DNA from: Myxococcota bacterium
Lineage (GTDB): Bacteria; Myxococcota_A; UBA9160; SZUA-336
Length of the DNA stretch: 64,000 nt
Assembly: GCA_965247115.1 (NCBI GenBank)
Contig: CBDFGR010000002.1
Location: forward strand, 1,632,001 to 1,696,000
Reading direction: 5' to 3'
Shown here: positions 1 through 9,202 of the stretch, one piece after another
How the letters are laid out: each line of letters opens with the position of its first letter
Numbering within the stretch: position 1 is the first letter of the stretch
Notes under the pieces: model-generated
The model's input: the letters and a program-made list of their open reading frames with translations, nothing else
The model's database searches: none
What the model was told of the DNA's origin: nothing
Program-made: the position numbers and the translations under genes

Positions 1-1093
1 TGGCCTCGTCGTCGACGTGCATGACCAGCGCCCGCCATAGCTTCGTGCTGGAGCTCGGTCGTTGCTCGTTCTCCGCTCCGAGCTGTGCAAGGAGCTCTGC
101 CCACTCGTCGCGGGGAACGTTGCGGATCGGTCCCCGGTACCCCGAGCGCCGATCGTGGGCGCGCAGTCCGCTTCGGACGGCGTAGTAAGAATCGCGCTGA
201 CGTGTCGGATCGAGCGTGGTCTTCACGTCGAGCCCGCCGGTGTACAGCGTGTCAGAGCCATAGCGCTGCACGAGGTAGCGGCGCACCTCCTCGACGAAAT
301 AGGCGGAGGCAATCGCGGTCTCATCGCGCATTGGCTGACGGAACTCGAGCTGTACCGTGAGGGCTCCCGCTCGCTCGGCGGGGCTGATGAAGCCGTCCTC
401 CTCCATGCGACGGAGCACGAAGCGCTGGCGCTTGAAGGCGTTCTCAGTGCTGTTTCGTGGCGTGTACTTCGATGGCGCCGGGACGAGGCCCGCAATCAGC
501 GCGCTCTCGGGCAGTGTGAGCTCTCTGGCCGACTTGCCGAAGTACGTGTGCGCCGCCGCTTCGATCCCGTAGGCACCGGAGCCCAGGTAGATCTGATTCA
601 GGTACAGATAGAGGATCTCGTTTTTGTTCAGTGCCCGCTCGATGCGCATGGCCAGGACCATGTCCTTGAGCTTGCGGACGTAGTTGCGATCCGAGCTCAG
701 GAGAAAGGTCTTCGCCACCTGTTGCGTGATCGTGCTGCCGCCCTGGCGCACTTCCCCTGCCCGCAGGTTGGTGATAGCGGCGCGCAGGATCCCCGAGTAG
801 TCGAGGCCTTCGTGGTCGTAGAAGGAGCTGTCCTCCGAGGCGATGAAGGCCTGCACCACGTGGCCGGGAACGTCCTCGATCGAAACGACGATGCGACGCT
901 CCTTCGCGAAGGACGCGATCTCGCTGCCGTCGACGGCGCGGACGCGGGTGATCAGGTTCGGGCGGTAGTCCCGCAGCGTGTTGATCTCGGGCAGGTCGCG
1001 CAGGATGAAGGCATAGAAGACGGCCGCGGCTGCCACACTGCCGAGGACCGCGAGAAACGCGAGTGCGAGCAGAACGTGTGCGAGGCGTTTCAA
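1..1093 (-). CDS. mrcA: Penicillin-binding protein 1A family transglycosylase/transpeptidase, 5' part; runs off the left edge and is absent from the ORF track
   Basis: Manual translation from TTG 1093: MKRLAHVLLALAFLAVLGS (TM anchor), then GT51 motifs ASEDSSFYDHEG, QGGSTITQQVAK, RKLKD, NEILYLYLNQIYLG. Confidence 0.9.
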   Translation of the reverse strand, partial: MKRLAHVLLALAFLAVLGSVAAAAVFYAFILRDLPEINTLRDYRPNLITRVRAVDGSEIASFAKERRIVVSIEDVPGHVVQAFIASEDSSFYDHEGLDYSGILRAAITNLRAGEVRQGGSTITQQVAKTFLLSSDRNYVRKLKDMVLAMRIERALNKNEILYLYLNQIYLGSGAYGIEAAAHTYFGKSARELTLPESALIAGLVPAPSKYTPRNSTENAFKRQRFVLRRMEEDGFISPAERAGALTVQLEFRQPMRDETAIASAYFVEEVRRYLVQRYGSDTLYTGGLDVKTTLDPTRQRDSYYAVRSGLRAHDRRSGYRGPIRNVPRDEWAELLAQLGAENEQRPSSSTKLWRALVMHVDDEA

Positions 1094-1228
1094 GGCGTAC
1101 TTCCTCGGTGGCAAGGCCCGAGCCGACCGAAGCTAGCCCAGCCCCAGAGTGCGCACAAACCTCGCTCCCGCGACCGCTGGCGAGTATTGATTCCCTGATA
1201 ATTCAACCACTTACAGTCTAGCAGGGGT

Positions 1229-1258
1229 TTGACAGCGGGGAGGCTCGGAACGTAGGAT
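1229..1258 (+). promoter_or_regulatory. sigma70-type promoter of gshB, likely leaderless
   Basis: TTGACA(1229-1234)-N18-TAGGAT(1253-1258); ATG 6 nt downstream; no SD. Confidence 0.65.
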
Positions 1259-1264
1259 CCGCCC

Positions 1265-2212
1265 ATGCGCCACCTATTTATCGTCGATCCGCTCGTCGGG
1301 TTGAACGTGGAGCAGGACACCAGCATCGTCTTGATGCGGGAGGCGACCCGACGGGGACACCAGGTCCTCGCCTGCGAGGTGGGCGACCTCAGCGTGGGGG
1401 ACGCTGCCGTACCGATGGCGTCCCGGGTCGACCTCGAGGTTCGCGAGGAGGAGGACTGGTATGACGCGGGCCCGCGGCGCGCTGAGGCTCTCTCGAGCTT
1501 CGACGTGGTTTGGATGCGGAAGGATCCGCCCTACGACATAGACTACTTCTTCGTCACGCACCTGCTGGGCCTGGTCTCGCCTCCCACTCTGGTCGTGAAC
1601 GATCCCATGGGGCTGCGCGAGGTCACCGAGAAGCTCTTCGTCCTGCGCTTTCCCGACATCACTCCCGAGAGCCTGATCAGCCGCAACGTCGCTGAGCTGG
1701 AGGCGTTTCGCGAGAAGCTCGGCGGCGAGATGATCATCAAGCCCCTCGGTGGTTGTGGCGGCGAGGGGGTGTTCCACCTGACACCTGGGGACCGCAACGC
1801 CAAGGCCATTCTCGAGCTGGGCACGCAGCACGGAACCACCTGCCAGATCGCTCAGTGCTACGTCCCAGAGATTCGCATGGGAGACAAGCGCGTCATCGTC
1901 GTCGAAGGAGAGCCGCTCGGAGCCGTCTTGCGTGTGCCGCGCGACGAGGAGTCCCGGGCCAACTTTCACGTCGGTGGCACGGCTCAGAAAGCGGAGGTCA
2001 CTGCGAACGATCGCGCTATCTGTGAGAGGATCGGCCCCGACCTGCGGCGGCTCGGAATCGTGCTCGCGGGCATCGATGTGATCGGGGAGTGGCTGACCGA
2101 GGTCAACGTGACCAGTCCCACCGGTATCCGAGAGATCAACGCTCTGGATGGTGTCGCGCTCGAGGCGAGCGTCCTCGACGCCGTGGAGCAGCGCATGAGA
2201 GGTCGCCGCTGA
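1265..2212 (+). CDS. gshB: Glutathione synthetase
   Basis: 315 aa; motifs [46 protein letters not shown]. Confidence 0.95.
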   Translation: MRHLFIVDPLVGLNVEQDTSIVLMREATRRGHQVLACEVGDLSVGDAAVPMASRVDLEVREEEDWYDAGPRRAEALSSFDVVWMRKDPPYDIDYFFVTHLLGLVSPPTLVVNDPMGLREVTEKLFVLRFPDITPESLISRNVAELEAFREKLGGEMIIKPLGGCGGEGVFHLTPGDRNAKAILELGTQHGTTCQIAQCYVPEIRMGDKRVIVVEGEPLGAVLRVPRDEESRANFHVGGTAQKAEVTANDRAICERIGPDLRRLGIVLAGIDVIGEWLTEVNVTSPTGIREINALDGVALEASVLDAVEQRMRGRR

Positions 2213-2235
2213 AACAGGCGCCCGAGGGGGAACAA

Positions 2236-3201
2236 GTGGGGGTAGATCCGGTATTGCTGCGTCACCAGTGCGACAGGACCGTCGCCGAGACCGACTTCCA
2301 AGGTCTCGGGGAACGCATTGTCGGCAAGGTCCGAGACTGCTATGTGGAGGCGGATCGGCGCACGATCGTGGCGACGGACCGCATCAGCGCCTTCGACGTG
2401 GTCATCGGGACGGTGCCATTCAAGGGTCAGGTGCTGAACCAGCTGGCGGCCTTCTGGTTCGAGAAGACCCGGGGGCTGGCTCCGAACCACCTGCTCGAGG
2501 TTCCCGATCCCTGTGTCTCGGTCGCGCGCGAATGTCAGCTGCTGCCCGTCGAGTTCGTCTACCGGGGCTATCTCACGGGGGTGTCGAAGACCTCGATCTG
2601 GATCGCGTACGAGCGGGGCGAGCGACGCTACTGCGGGCACGACCTTCCCGATGGGATGCGCAAACACCAACAGCTCCAGGAACCGCTCCTCACACCGACG
2701 ACCAAGGCGGAGCAGGGCGCCCACGACGCGCTGATCTCCCGTGAGGAGCTGATCGAGAGCGGGGTGATCTCGGCCGAGCACTACGACGCCGCGGCCGAGA
2801 TCGGCAGCCGACTGTTTGAATATGGCCAGAGCTGGGCTCGCAGTCGGGGGCTGATTCTCGTCGATACGAAGTACGAGATGGGTCTCGACGCTGCTGGAAA
2901 CGTCACCGTGATCGACGAGATTCACACGCCAGACTCGTCCCGCTACTGGTACGTGGAACGCTACGAGCAGGCAACCGCCGACGGGACGGATCCCCCCGCG
3001 CTGGACAAGGAGTACGTCCGACGCTGGCTGGATGAGCAGGGCTGGCGGGGCGAGGGCCGGCCTCCGAGATTGCCCGACGACGTGCGCTGCGAGGCCGCTC
3101 GACGCTACATCGAGGCGTACGAGCGCATCACCGGGCTCGAGTTCGAGCCGACGACGGAGGACCCCTCGGGGCGAATTCGGCGAAATCTCGGCCTGAGCTA
3201 G
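2236..3201 (+). CDS. purC: SAICAR synthetase
   Basis: [52 protein letters not shown] 2236 follows a GAGGGGG SD. Confidence 0.95.
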   Translation: MGVDPVLLRHQCDRTVAETDFQGLGERIVGKVRDCYVEADRRTIVATDRISAFDVVIGTVPFKGQVLNQLAAFWFEKTRGLAPNHLLEVPDPCVSVARECQLLPVEFVYRGYLTGVSKTSIWIAYERGERRYCGHDLPDGMRKHQQLQEPLLTPTTKAEQGAHDALISREELIESGVISAEHYDAAAEIGSRLFEYGQSWARSRGLILVDTKYEMGLDAAGNVTVIDEIHTPDSSRYWYVERYEQATADGTDPPALDKEYVRRWLDEQGWRGEGRPPRLPDDVRCEAARRYIEAYERITGLEFEPTTEDPSGRIRRNLGLS

Positions 3202-3255
3202 CGCTCCTCGGAGGAAACTTTTTTCCCCCGAAGTGACGTTTCAGGCCAAAAATGT

Positions 3256-3285
3256 TTGACAACCTGAAATTTCGTTGAATACCTT
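3256..3285 (+). promoter_or_regulatory. sigma70-type promoter in AT-rich region upstream of the basic-protein gene
   Basis: TTGACA(3256-3261)-N18-TACCTT(3280-3285), with A/T tracts upstream. Confidence 0.6.
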
Positions 3286-3366
3286 GTGCGTAGTTCCGAT
3301 TGACGGTGCAGTTCGTCGGTGAAGGTCTCGTCAGCTGGACACCGCGGAACAGACGGGGGGAAGACG

Positions 3367-3882
3367 ATGGCAACGAAGGTTGCTCGGACTGGTATCAAGC
3401 GCGAGTCGGGGTATCTCTATTTCCTCGACAAGAAGGGCGACGTCTCGCGCGTCGCAATGGCTCGTGGCGGCGGCCGTCAGCCAAAGCCGCGGCCTCAGAA
3501 GGTCGCCAAGGCCGGCGTTGATAGAGAAGAGGGTTTCCTCTACTTCATCGACAGAGCAGGCGACGTGTGCAAGACGAGGATGGCTCGTCGGGGAGGCGGA
3601 CGTCGGCGCAAGGCTGCTCGCAAGGCGGCACCGCGTCGCAAGAAGACCGCCGCTCGCCGGAAGAAGGCCACGCGTCGGAAGAAGACAACTGCTCGAAAGA
3701 AGAAGGCGGGAGCGCGACGCAAGAAGGCAGTGCGCCGGAAGGCACCGCGCAAGAAGGCGACACGTCGCAAGAAGGTGACACGTCGCAAGAAGGCGGTACG
3801 CAAGCGGACGACCGCGAGACGCAAGCCGGCGCGCCGGAAGGCGGCTCGCAAGACGACTCGCCGCAAGACGGCTCGCCGCTAG
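3367..3882 (+). CDS. Highly basic protein: duplicated ~32-aa N-terminal motif plus histone H1-like K/R/A/T tail; putative nucleoid-associated protein
   Basis: Two copies of KVAxxGxxRExG(Y/F)LYF(L/I)DxxGDVxxxxMAR followed by ~95 aa of RRKKA-type repeats; G-rich SD before ATG 3367. Confidence 0.8.
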   Translation: MATKVARTGIKRESGYLYFLDKKGDVSRVAMARGGGRQPKPRPQKVAKAGVDREEGFLYFIDRAGDVCKTRMARRGGGRRRKAARKAAPRRKKTAARRKKATRRKKTTARKKKAGARRKKAVRRKAPRKKATRRKKVTRRKKAVRKRTTARRKPARRKAARKTTRRKTARR

Positions 3883-3892
3883 CGCACTGCGT

Positions 3893-3973
3893 CTCAGGCG
3901 CACCTTGTGCGCCTGAGTTCAAGGCCGCAAGAAGGTTGGGCATAGGGCGGGGGTAGCATCCGCTACCCCCGCC
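3893..3973 (+). terminator. Two tandem stem-loops after the basic-protein gene
   Basis: CTCAGGCGCAC-ctt-GTGCGCCTGAG (3893-3917) and GGCGGGGGTAGC-atcc-GCTACCCCCGCC (3946-3973); U-tract weak. Confidence 0.6.
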
Positions 3974-4015
3974 GCCCGCTTTCGGGCCGCACCGAGATCG
4001 TATAGGCTCGGCTGC

Positions 4016-4537
4016 ATGGAGCGGCTGGCGACCACGACGTACGAGTCACCGCTCGGAGAGCTTCGCATCGCGGTCACCGAGACGGGAGTCGTCAGAATTG
4101 CCTTGCCGCGTGCTGCAGGCCGCGGCTTCGCGGGCTGGCTGGAGCGTGAGTTACCCCGCGCCGAGGCGCTGGACTGGCTTCCCCCTCTCGACAAGATCCG
4201 CCGCGAGCTCGACGAGTACTTTGCGGGCCAGCGTCGGAGCTTCCAAGTTCCGCTGGACCTGCGTGGCACTGACTTCCAGCTGGACGTGTGGCGTTCGCTT
4301 TGCGAGATCCCCTTCGGCGAGACCTCGAGCTACGGAGAGGTCGCACGCTCCATCATGCGGCCCAGAGCCGCCCGCCCCGTCGGTGCCGCCAGCGGCGCCA
4401 ACCCCCTACCCATCCTCGTCCCCTGCCACCGCGTCATCGCCAGCGGCGGCAAACTGGGCGGCTACAGCGGCGGCCTCGACCTAAAACGCAAACTCCTCGC
4501 CCTCGAAAAAGCCACCCTCCCGCGCGGACTGCTCTAG
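4016..4537 (+). CDS. ogt: Methylated-DNA-protein-cysteine methyltransferase
   Basis: GTDFQLDVW, IPFGETSSY, NPLPILVPCHRV active site, LGGYSGG. Confidence 0.93.
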   Translation: MERLATTTYESPLGELRIAVTETGVVRIALPRAAGRGFAGWLERELPRAEALDWLPPLDKIRRELDEYFAGQRRSFQVPLDLRGTDFQLDVWRSLCEIPFGETSSYGEVARSIMRPRAARPVGAASGANPLPILVPCHRVIASGGKLGGYSGGLDLKRKLLALEKATLPRGLL

Positions 4538-4539
4538 AG

Positions 4540-4589
4540 GTCTTGTGGGACCCGGCGCGCGAGCGGTCGCGCGCAACCCGCCTCCGCTC
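4540..4589 (+). repeat. REP-like repeat family A, copy 1
   Basis: GTCTTGTGGGACCCGGC plus GC hairpin; the identical 17-mer occurs on the minus strand at 19919-19935. Confidence 0.7.
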
Positions 4590-4599
4590 AGGGGCGAGA

Positions 4600-4685
4600 T
4601 ATAACTTGGGGACGGTCCTTTTCCATAACTTCGGGACCGGAGCGCCTGGCAGAAGTTATAAGTTGAGGACCGTCCCCAAGTTATA
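4600..4685. repeat. Nested inverted-repeat element, family B (REP/MITE-like)
   Basis: Perfect 20-bp IR TATAACTTGGGGACGGTCCT (4600-4619) / AGGACCGTCCCCAAGTTATA (4666-4685); inner IR ATAACTTC/GAAGTTAT. Confidence 0.8.
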
Positions 4686-4697
4686 GAGCCTTGGCGG

Positions 4698-5891
4698 TCA
4701 GACTCTTTCTAGGGCCTGGTCGACGTCCGCGAGGAGATCGTCGGCGTCTTCGACGCCGCAGGAGAAGCGGACGAGGTTGTCCTCGATGCCGAGCTTCGCG
4801 CGTTCCTCGGGGGACTGATCCCAGTACGATACGACCGTTGGCTGCTCGACGAGGGATTCTGTTCCACCCAGGCTGGGCGCGATGTACGGGATGCGCAGCG
4901 CGTCGACGAACTTCGAGGCGCTCTCCAGGCTGCCACGCACCTGGAAGCTGACCACGCCGCCGTAGCCTGACATCTGCGCGACGGCTACCTCGTGGTCGGG
5001 ATGACTCGGCAATCCGGGGTAGTGAACGCGCTCCACTGTGTGATGCCGCTCGAGAAACGCCGCGAGCTTCTCGGCGTTGCGGTTCGCGCGCTGCACTCGC
5101 AGGTCCAGGGTCTTGATGCCGCGGAGCAGCATGTACGCGGCGTGGGGATCGATCACGCCGCCCATGATCCCGTGCAGCTCTCGGATCGGAGCGATGCGGC
5201 CCTCACTGCCGAGCAGCGCCCCTGCCATCACGTCGTTGTGCCCAGCGAGGTACTTGGTGCCCGAGTGGAGCACGAGGTCTGCGCCCAGCGAAAGGGCCTG
5301 CTGGTTGATGGGCGAGGCAAAGGTCGAGTCGATCACGACCAGGGTGCCCGCCGCGTGGCATAGCTCGGCGACCCGCGGGATGTCGACGACCCGCAGGTAG
5401 GGATTCGTAGGCGACTCCGAGAAGAAGAGCGTGGGACCTGCCTCGAGCGCTTGCTCGAGCCCTCCGAGGTCGGCCGGATCGATCACGGTCGCCTCGACTC
5501 CGAGCTTGGGGAGCACCGTCGCGATGAATTGCCGGGTGCGTCGGTAGCAGTCGAGGGTAGTCACGAGGCGCCCGTTCCGCGGCAAGAGTGCGAGGAGCAG
5601 GGTGGTCATCGAGTTCATGCCCGAGGCGGAGACCAGACAGGCCTCCGCGCCTTCGAGCTCCATCAGCTTCTGTTCTGCCGCGCGCACCGTGGGGTTGCCG
5701 TAGCGACCGTACTCGAAGCTGCTGCGGCGGCCCTCCTGGTAGTCGATCACCTCCTGGGTGTCGCGAAACCAGTAGGTAGCCGTCTGGACGATCGGGGTCG
5801 TCAGGGCATCCGAAACTCGGGGCCGGCCCTCGCGCTCGCCACCGTGGACGGCGCGGGTCGAGCTACCGGGGGGGTGCTTGGGCTTCGACAT
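4698..5891 (-). CDS. metB: Cystathionine gamma-synthase (PLP trans-sulfuration enzyme), plant-CGS-like
   Basis: SFEYGRYGNPT, ESPTNP, LHSGTKYLAGHNDV (PLP Lys), PYIAPSLGG, LVRFSCGVED. Confidence 0.85.
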   Translation of the reverse strand: MSKPKHPPGSSTRAVHGGEREGRPRVSDALTTPIVQTATYWFRDTQEVIDYQEGRRSSFEYGRYGNPTVRAAEQKLMELEGAEACLVSASGMNSMTTLLLALLPRNGRLVTTLDCYRRTRQFIATVLPKLGVEATVIDPADLGGLEQALEAGPTLFFSESPTNPYLRVVDIPRVAELCHAAGTLVVIDSTFASPINQQALSLGADLVLHSGTKYLAGHNDVMAGALLGSEGRIAPIRELHGIMGGVIDPHAAYMLLRGIKTLDLRVQRANRNAEKLAAFLERHHTVERVHYPGLPSHPDHEVAVAQMSGYGGVVSFQVRGSLESASKFVDALRIPYIAPSLGGTESLVEQPTVVSYWDQSPEERAKLGIEDNLVRFSCGVEDADDLLADVDQALERV

Positions 5892-5928
5892 CTGGAGCGG
5901 CCGAGCTTACCTCCGCTCCGAGGGACGG

Positions 5929-6810
5929 TCAAACCTTCAGGGTGACGCGCACTTGCGTGATTCGGTCCAGGATCTCCCCGCACTCGGCCCGCCCCATCCG
6001 GAGCGCTCCTCGGCCCCTGCCCAGCTCCACGCTCGGCTGCTCGGAGCCGTGGAAGTCGCTGCCTCCGGTGGCCACCAGCCCCCACCGTCGGACCAGGCGC
6101 CGGATCCTTCGCGACTGGCCGGGATGCTGGCTCGGGTGCCAGACCTCGAGGGCGTCGAGTCCCGACGCTACCAGCTCCTCCACGAAGCTCTCCAGACCGC
6201 CAGGCGCGTCGATCCCGATCGACCGCAGCGGGTGCGCAAGCGAGGCGATGCCGCCAGCTGCGTGGATCAGGGAGATCGCACGCTCTGCCGTCAGGCCGGG
6301 CTGCACCACGAAGGCAGGGCGCCCCAGACGCAGGAAGCGCCCGAAGGCCTCGTTGGTGCTGGCGCACACGCCCGCCTCGACCAGGGCCCTGGCCACGTGG
6401 GGCCTTCCGAGCGAGCCCTCGCCTGCGATCTCCTCGAGCCTCTGGCGCGAAAGCTCGATCCCCAGCCCGCGCAGTCGCTCGAGAATCTCGAGCCCGCGCC
6501 GCGCGCGGGCGCGGCCCAGCTCGGATACGCACTTGCGCAGGGGCTCGTGCTGCGGATCGACGCCGAGCCCCAGGATGTGCATCTGTCGGCGACCCTCAGC
6601 CTCGATCACGGAGACCTCGATGCCCGGGATGACTCGCACCCCGAGCTCGCTGCCGCGCTCCGTGGCCTCGGCCACCCCCGCTACCTCGTCGTGGTCGGTC
6701 AGGGCGAACAGGTCGACTCCCGCCGCGTGGGCCCGCTCGGCGACGGCGCGCGGCGTGAGCGTGCCGTCGGAGAGCGTCGAGTGGACGTGGAAGTCGCCGC
6801 GGAAACTCAT
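5929..6810 (-). CDS. PHP-domain phosphoesterase (YciV/TrpH family)
   Basis: DFHVHSTLSDG, ALTDHD, GIEVS, GRPHVA, LAHP, TGGSDFHG; start taken at ATG 6810. Confidence 0.9.
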   Translation of the reverse strand: MSFRGDFHVHSTLSDGTLTPRAVAERAHAAGVDLFALTDHDEVAGVAEATERGSELGVRVIPGIEVSVIEAEGRRQMHILGLGVDPQHEPLRKCVSELGRARARRGLEILERLRGLGIELSRQRLEEIAGEGSLGRPHVARALVEAGVCASTNEAFGRFLRLGRPAFVVQPGLTAERAISLIHAAGGIASLAHPLRSIGIDAPGGLESFVEELVASGLDALEVWHPSQHPGQSRRIRRLVRRWGLVATGGSDFHGSEQPSVELGRGRGALRMGRAECGEILDRITQVRVTLKV

Positions 6811-6823
6811 ACCCGCCAGAACA

Positions 6824-7753
6824 CTAGACGTAGCTCGCGGACCAGTCCGCAAGCCGCCCCAGGAAGAGCTCAACCACGTCGTTGCTCTTGACCTCGTCTG
6901 CGTAGAGCACCTGAGGCCCATCGAGCTCCGGCCGCGCGCACATCCGGCCCCGCTCCGATCCCTCGCTGAAGGTCACGTCGATGACGTGTTTCTGGTAGCG
7001 GAAGAGCTCGCTGCAAGCGGCCGCCGCGATCGCGCAGGGATCGTGTAGCAGCGCCATGAGCTCACCCTGTACGGGTAGCTCCGCTCGCATCAGTCGCGAG
7101 AGCACCTCGGACAGGAAACGTCCCATGCGGCCAGACCCGAACGGGTCAGGAGGCAGTGCGTGCGCCCGCACCGCCACCGAGCGCGTCACGTCCAGCCCGA
7201 GCACGCGCACTGCCAGGCCCGACCCGAGGACGATCGAGGCCGCCTCGGGGTCGGCATAGCAGTTGAACTCGGCCGCACCGGTCACGTTTCCCTCGGACAG
7301 CGTCCCTCCCATCCAGACGATCTCGGCGGCTTCAAAGAGCGCCCGGTCCTGGCGCACCAGTCGCGCCAGGTTGGTAAGCGGCCCGATCGCCACGACCTGC
7401 TGCACTCCGCGCTCCACCAGGCTGTGGCGCAGGACTTCGGACGCATCGGGAAGCTCTCGCTGGTCCGCCGGCGGGAGATCGATGCCTCCGCGTCCGTCGT
7501 CGCCGTGGAACCTCTCTGCGGTCACGGCCGACAGCGACAGAGGTGCGCTCGCGCCGCGCCCGATCGGAATCTCGAGCCCTGCCAGCGCCAGAAAGCGCTG
7601 GAGGTTGTCGGTCACGACCTCCACGGAGGCATTCCCCGCGACGCTCGTGAGGCCCTCGACCCGGAGCTCCGGCGAGGCCAACGCGAAGGCGAGTGCGAGC
7701 AGGTCGTCGAGGCCGGGATCCGTGTCGACGTGGATGCGCCGAACCAGACTCAC
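6824..7753 (-). CDS. Inosine/uridine-preferring nucleoside hydrolase
   Basis: DTDPGLDD (DxDxxxDD), IGPLTNLA, WMGG, AEFNCYADPEAA, LHDP; GTG start overlaps the upstream stop (GTGA). Confidence 0.9.
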   Translation of the reverse strand: MSLVRRIHVDTDPGLDDLLALAFALASPELRVEGLTSVAGNASVEVVTDNLQRFLALAGLEIPIGRGASAPLSLSAVTAERFHGDDGRGGIDLPPADQRELPDASEVLRHSLVERGVQQVVAIGPLTNLARLVRQDRALFEAAEIVWMGGTLSEGNVTGAAEFNCYADPEAASIVLGSGLAVRVLGLDVTRSVAVRAHALPPDPFGSGRMGRFLSEVLSRLMRAELPVQGELMALLHDPCAIAAAACSELFRYQKHVIDVTFSEGSERGRMCARPELDGPQVLYADEVKSNDVVELFLGRLADWSASYV

Positions 7754-8610
7754 GGCAGCTCGCGAGGGTACCCCGCCTCCTCGAGATGACCCTGGATGAC
7801 CAGCCGGTGGCGGCGTCGATACTCCGCCTCGGTGACGAAGCCCGAACGGCGTGCGGCGTCCAGCTCGTCGATCGCCCGCAGCTGGGCGTTGCTGAGCTCC
7901 TCTGGCGAGGGTAGCTCGAGTGCGATGCTCTCGAGCTCCTCCTCGCTCATCTCCATCAGGATGGTGCGCCGGCGAGTCTGCCCGAAGCGCGCGCGCAGAC
8001 TGACTGGCTTCGCGTAGTAGGAGCTGCGCCACTCCACTGCGACCCCGCGCGCTCCGTGTTGCAGCTGCGCCTCGCCCGGGACCAGGTGGAACGTGGCCCG
8101 CCCGCTCGGGACCTCGAGGGGGATCGTGTAGCTGCGGCCCTCGTGGGCCTTGTTGCCTTCGTGGGGGACGACCTCCTCGATCGCGAAGAACTCGACCACG
8201 AGCAGATCGCTCTGCAGTGAGGCGCGGAAGGACGTGACCCGCTCCTCGGTGAAGATGCTGAGCCTGCGGTCGCGGGAGTGGGCGGCCGCCACGATCTCGG
8301 CATCGGGGCCGGCCAGCTCGAATGCCCTGGAGAGACCCTCTGCGAGCTCGTAGACGTGCTCCGTGCGAATCGTCGGTTGGGCCGCCCCTGTGCCCGGCGT
8401 GTGCGAGAAGCTGGCCAGGATGTGGGCCAGCCGGACGTCCGCGATGATGGCCGGCTGATCGTAATTCCGCCGGACGAGCTCTCCCTTGACCTCCGTCTGG
8501 CGGATCTCGACGTGGACGAGGTCGTTCTTCACGACCTCCTGCCGGATTACCTTGGGGCCGCATGCGGCGAGAAAGATCGGCACCGCGAGGACGGCTGCGG
8601 GTACGCGCAT
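7750..8610 (-). CDS. Lipoprotein with C-terminal SHOCT-like domain
   Basis: MRVPAAVLAVPIFLAA-C lipobox; C-terminal LDAARRSGFVTEAEYRRR. Confidence 0.7.
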   Translation of the reverse strand: MRVPAAVLAVPIFLAACGPKVIRQEVVKNDLVHVEIRQTEVKGELVRRNYDQPAIIADVRLAHILASFSHTPGTGAAQPTIRTEHVYELAEGLSRAFELAGPDAEIVAAAHSRDRRLSIFTEERVTSFRASLQSDLLVVEFFAIEEVVPHEGNKAHEGRSYTIPLEVPSGRATFHLVPGEAQLQHGARGVAVEWRSSYYAKPVSLRARFGQTRRRTILMEMSEEELESIALELPSPEELSNAQLRAIDELDAARRSGFVTEAEYRRRHRLVIQGHLEEAGYPRELP

Positions 8611-8772
8611 GGCGGGAAGGTAGTGAATCCCCGGTGCTACTCGTATTCGCTCTTGAGCTGGCGCGTGACGAGCTCCTGGACCCACAGTCCCGAAGCTTCC
8701 CGCGCCCAGTACCGCGTAGCCGACGGGGTTCGAAGTCCGGCATGACGGGAGCACATGCGCCTCGTTGGCCCG

Positions 8773-8801
8773 TTGACAGTGAGCGGGCGGGCTCCTAGCA
8801 T
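8773..8801 (+). promoter_or_regulatory. sigma70 promoter of the nuo operon
   Basis: TTGACA(8773-8778)-N17-TAGCAT(8796-8801). Confidence 0.75.
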
Positions 8802-8844
8802 TCGGCCGCTTTTCCCCCCAAAAACAGGCGTTTCCGAGGGTGCG

Positions 8845-9198
8845 ATGAGCGAATATGCGGGTCTTGGCCTGTTCATGCTGCTGGGCGCTGGCTTCGTGCT
8901 GATGTTGCTGGTTCTGACGAGCATCCTCGGTCCAAAGCTCCGCTTCGCAGAGAAGCAGGAGCCCTTCGAGTGCGGTGAACACCAAATTGTGTCTCCGTAC
9001 CAGCGTTTCAACATCAAGTTCTACATGGTCGCTGTCTCGTTCATCATTTTCGACGTCGAAGTGGTCTTCCTCTACCCATGGGCGGTCGTATTCCGGGACC
9101 TGGGCTGGTACGGCTTCGTAGTGATGCTGCCGTTCCTTGGCGTGCTCGCGCTCGGTCTCGCCTACGAGTGGTTGAAGGGCGGTCTCGAGTGGGAGTAG
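8845..9198 (+). CDS. nuoA: NADH-quinone oxidoreductase subunit A
   Basis: KQEPFECG, FIIFDVEVVFLYPWAV, YEWLKGGLEWE. Confidence 0.95.
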   Translation: MSEYAGLGLFMLLGAGFVLMLLVLTSILGPKLRFAEKQEPFECGEHQIVSPYQRFNIKFYMVAVSFIIFDVEVVFLYPWAVVFRDLGWYGFVVMLPFLGVLALGLAYEWLKGGLEWE

Positions 9199-9202
9199 GG
9201 GC

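Noticed and set aside
62..1198. 378-aa plus-strand ORF and similar long antisense ORFs (e.g. 10438-12180, 14107-15915, 27847-29442, 29972-31714, 34464-36119)
   Set aside because: Shadow ORFs of well-supported opposite-strand genes, expected at high GC; no family motifs.
1200..1213. IHF-like site ATTCAACCACTTA between PBP1A and gshB
   Set aside because: One mismatch to WATCAANNNNTTR in a short degenerate motif; insufficient support on its own.
3600..3880. Short repeated CGCAAGAAGG-type units as a CRISPR or VNTR array
   Set aside because: Codon-level consequence of RKK/RRKKA peptide repeats; no constant repeat with unique spacers.
4625..4659. loxP-like site (ATAACTTCG...GAAGTTAT)
   Set aside because: Only the outer 8-9 bp of each arm match, the span is 35 bp rather than 34, the inner TATA arms are absent and no recombinase is nearby; better explained as part of repeat family B.
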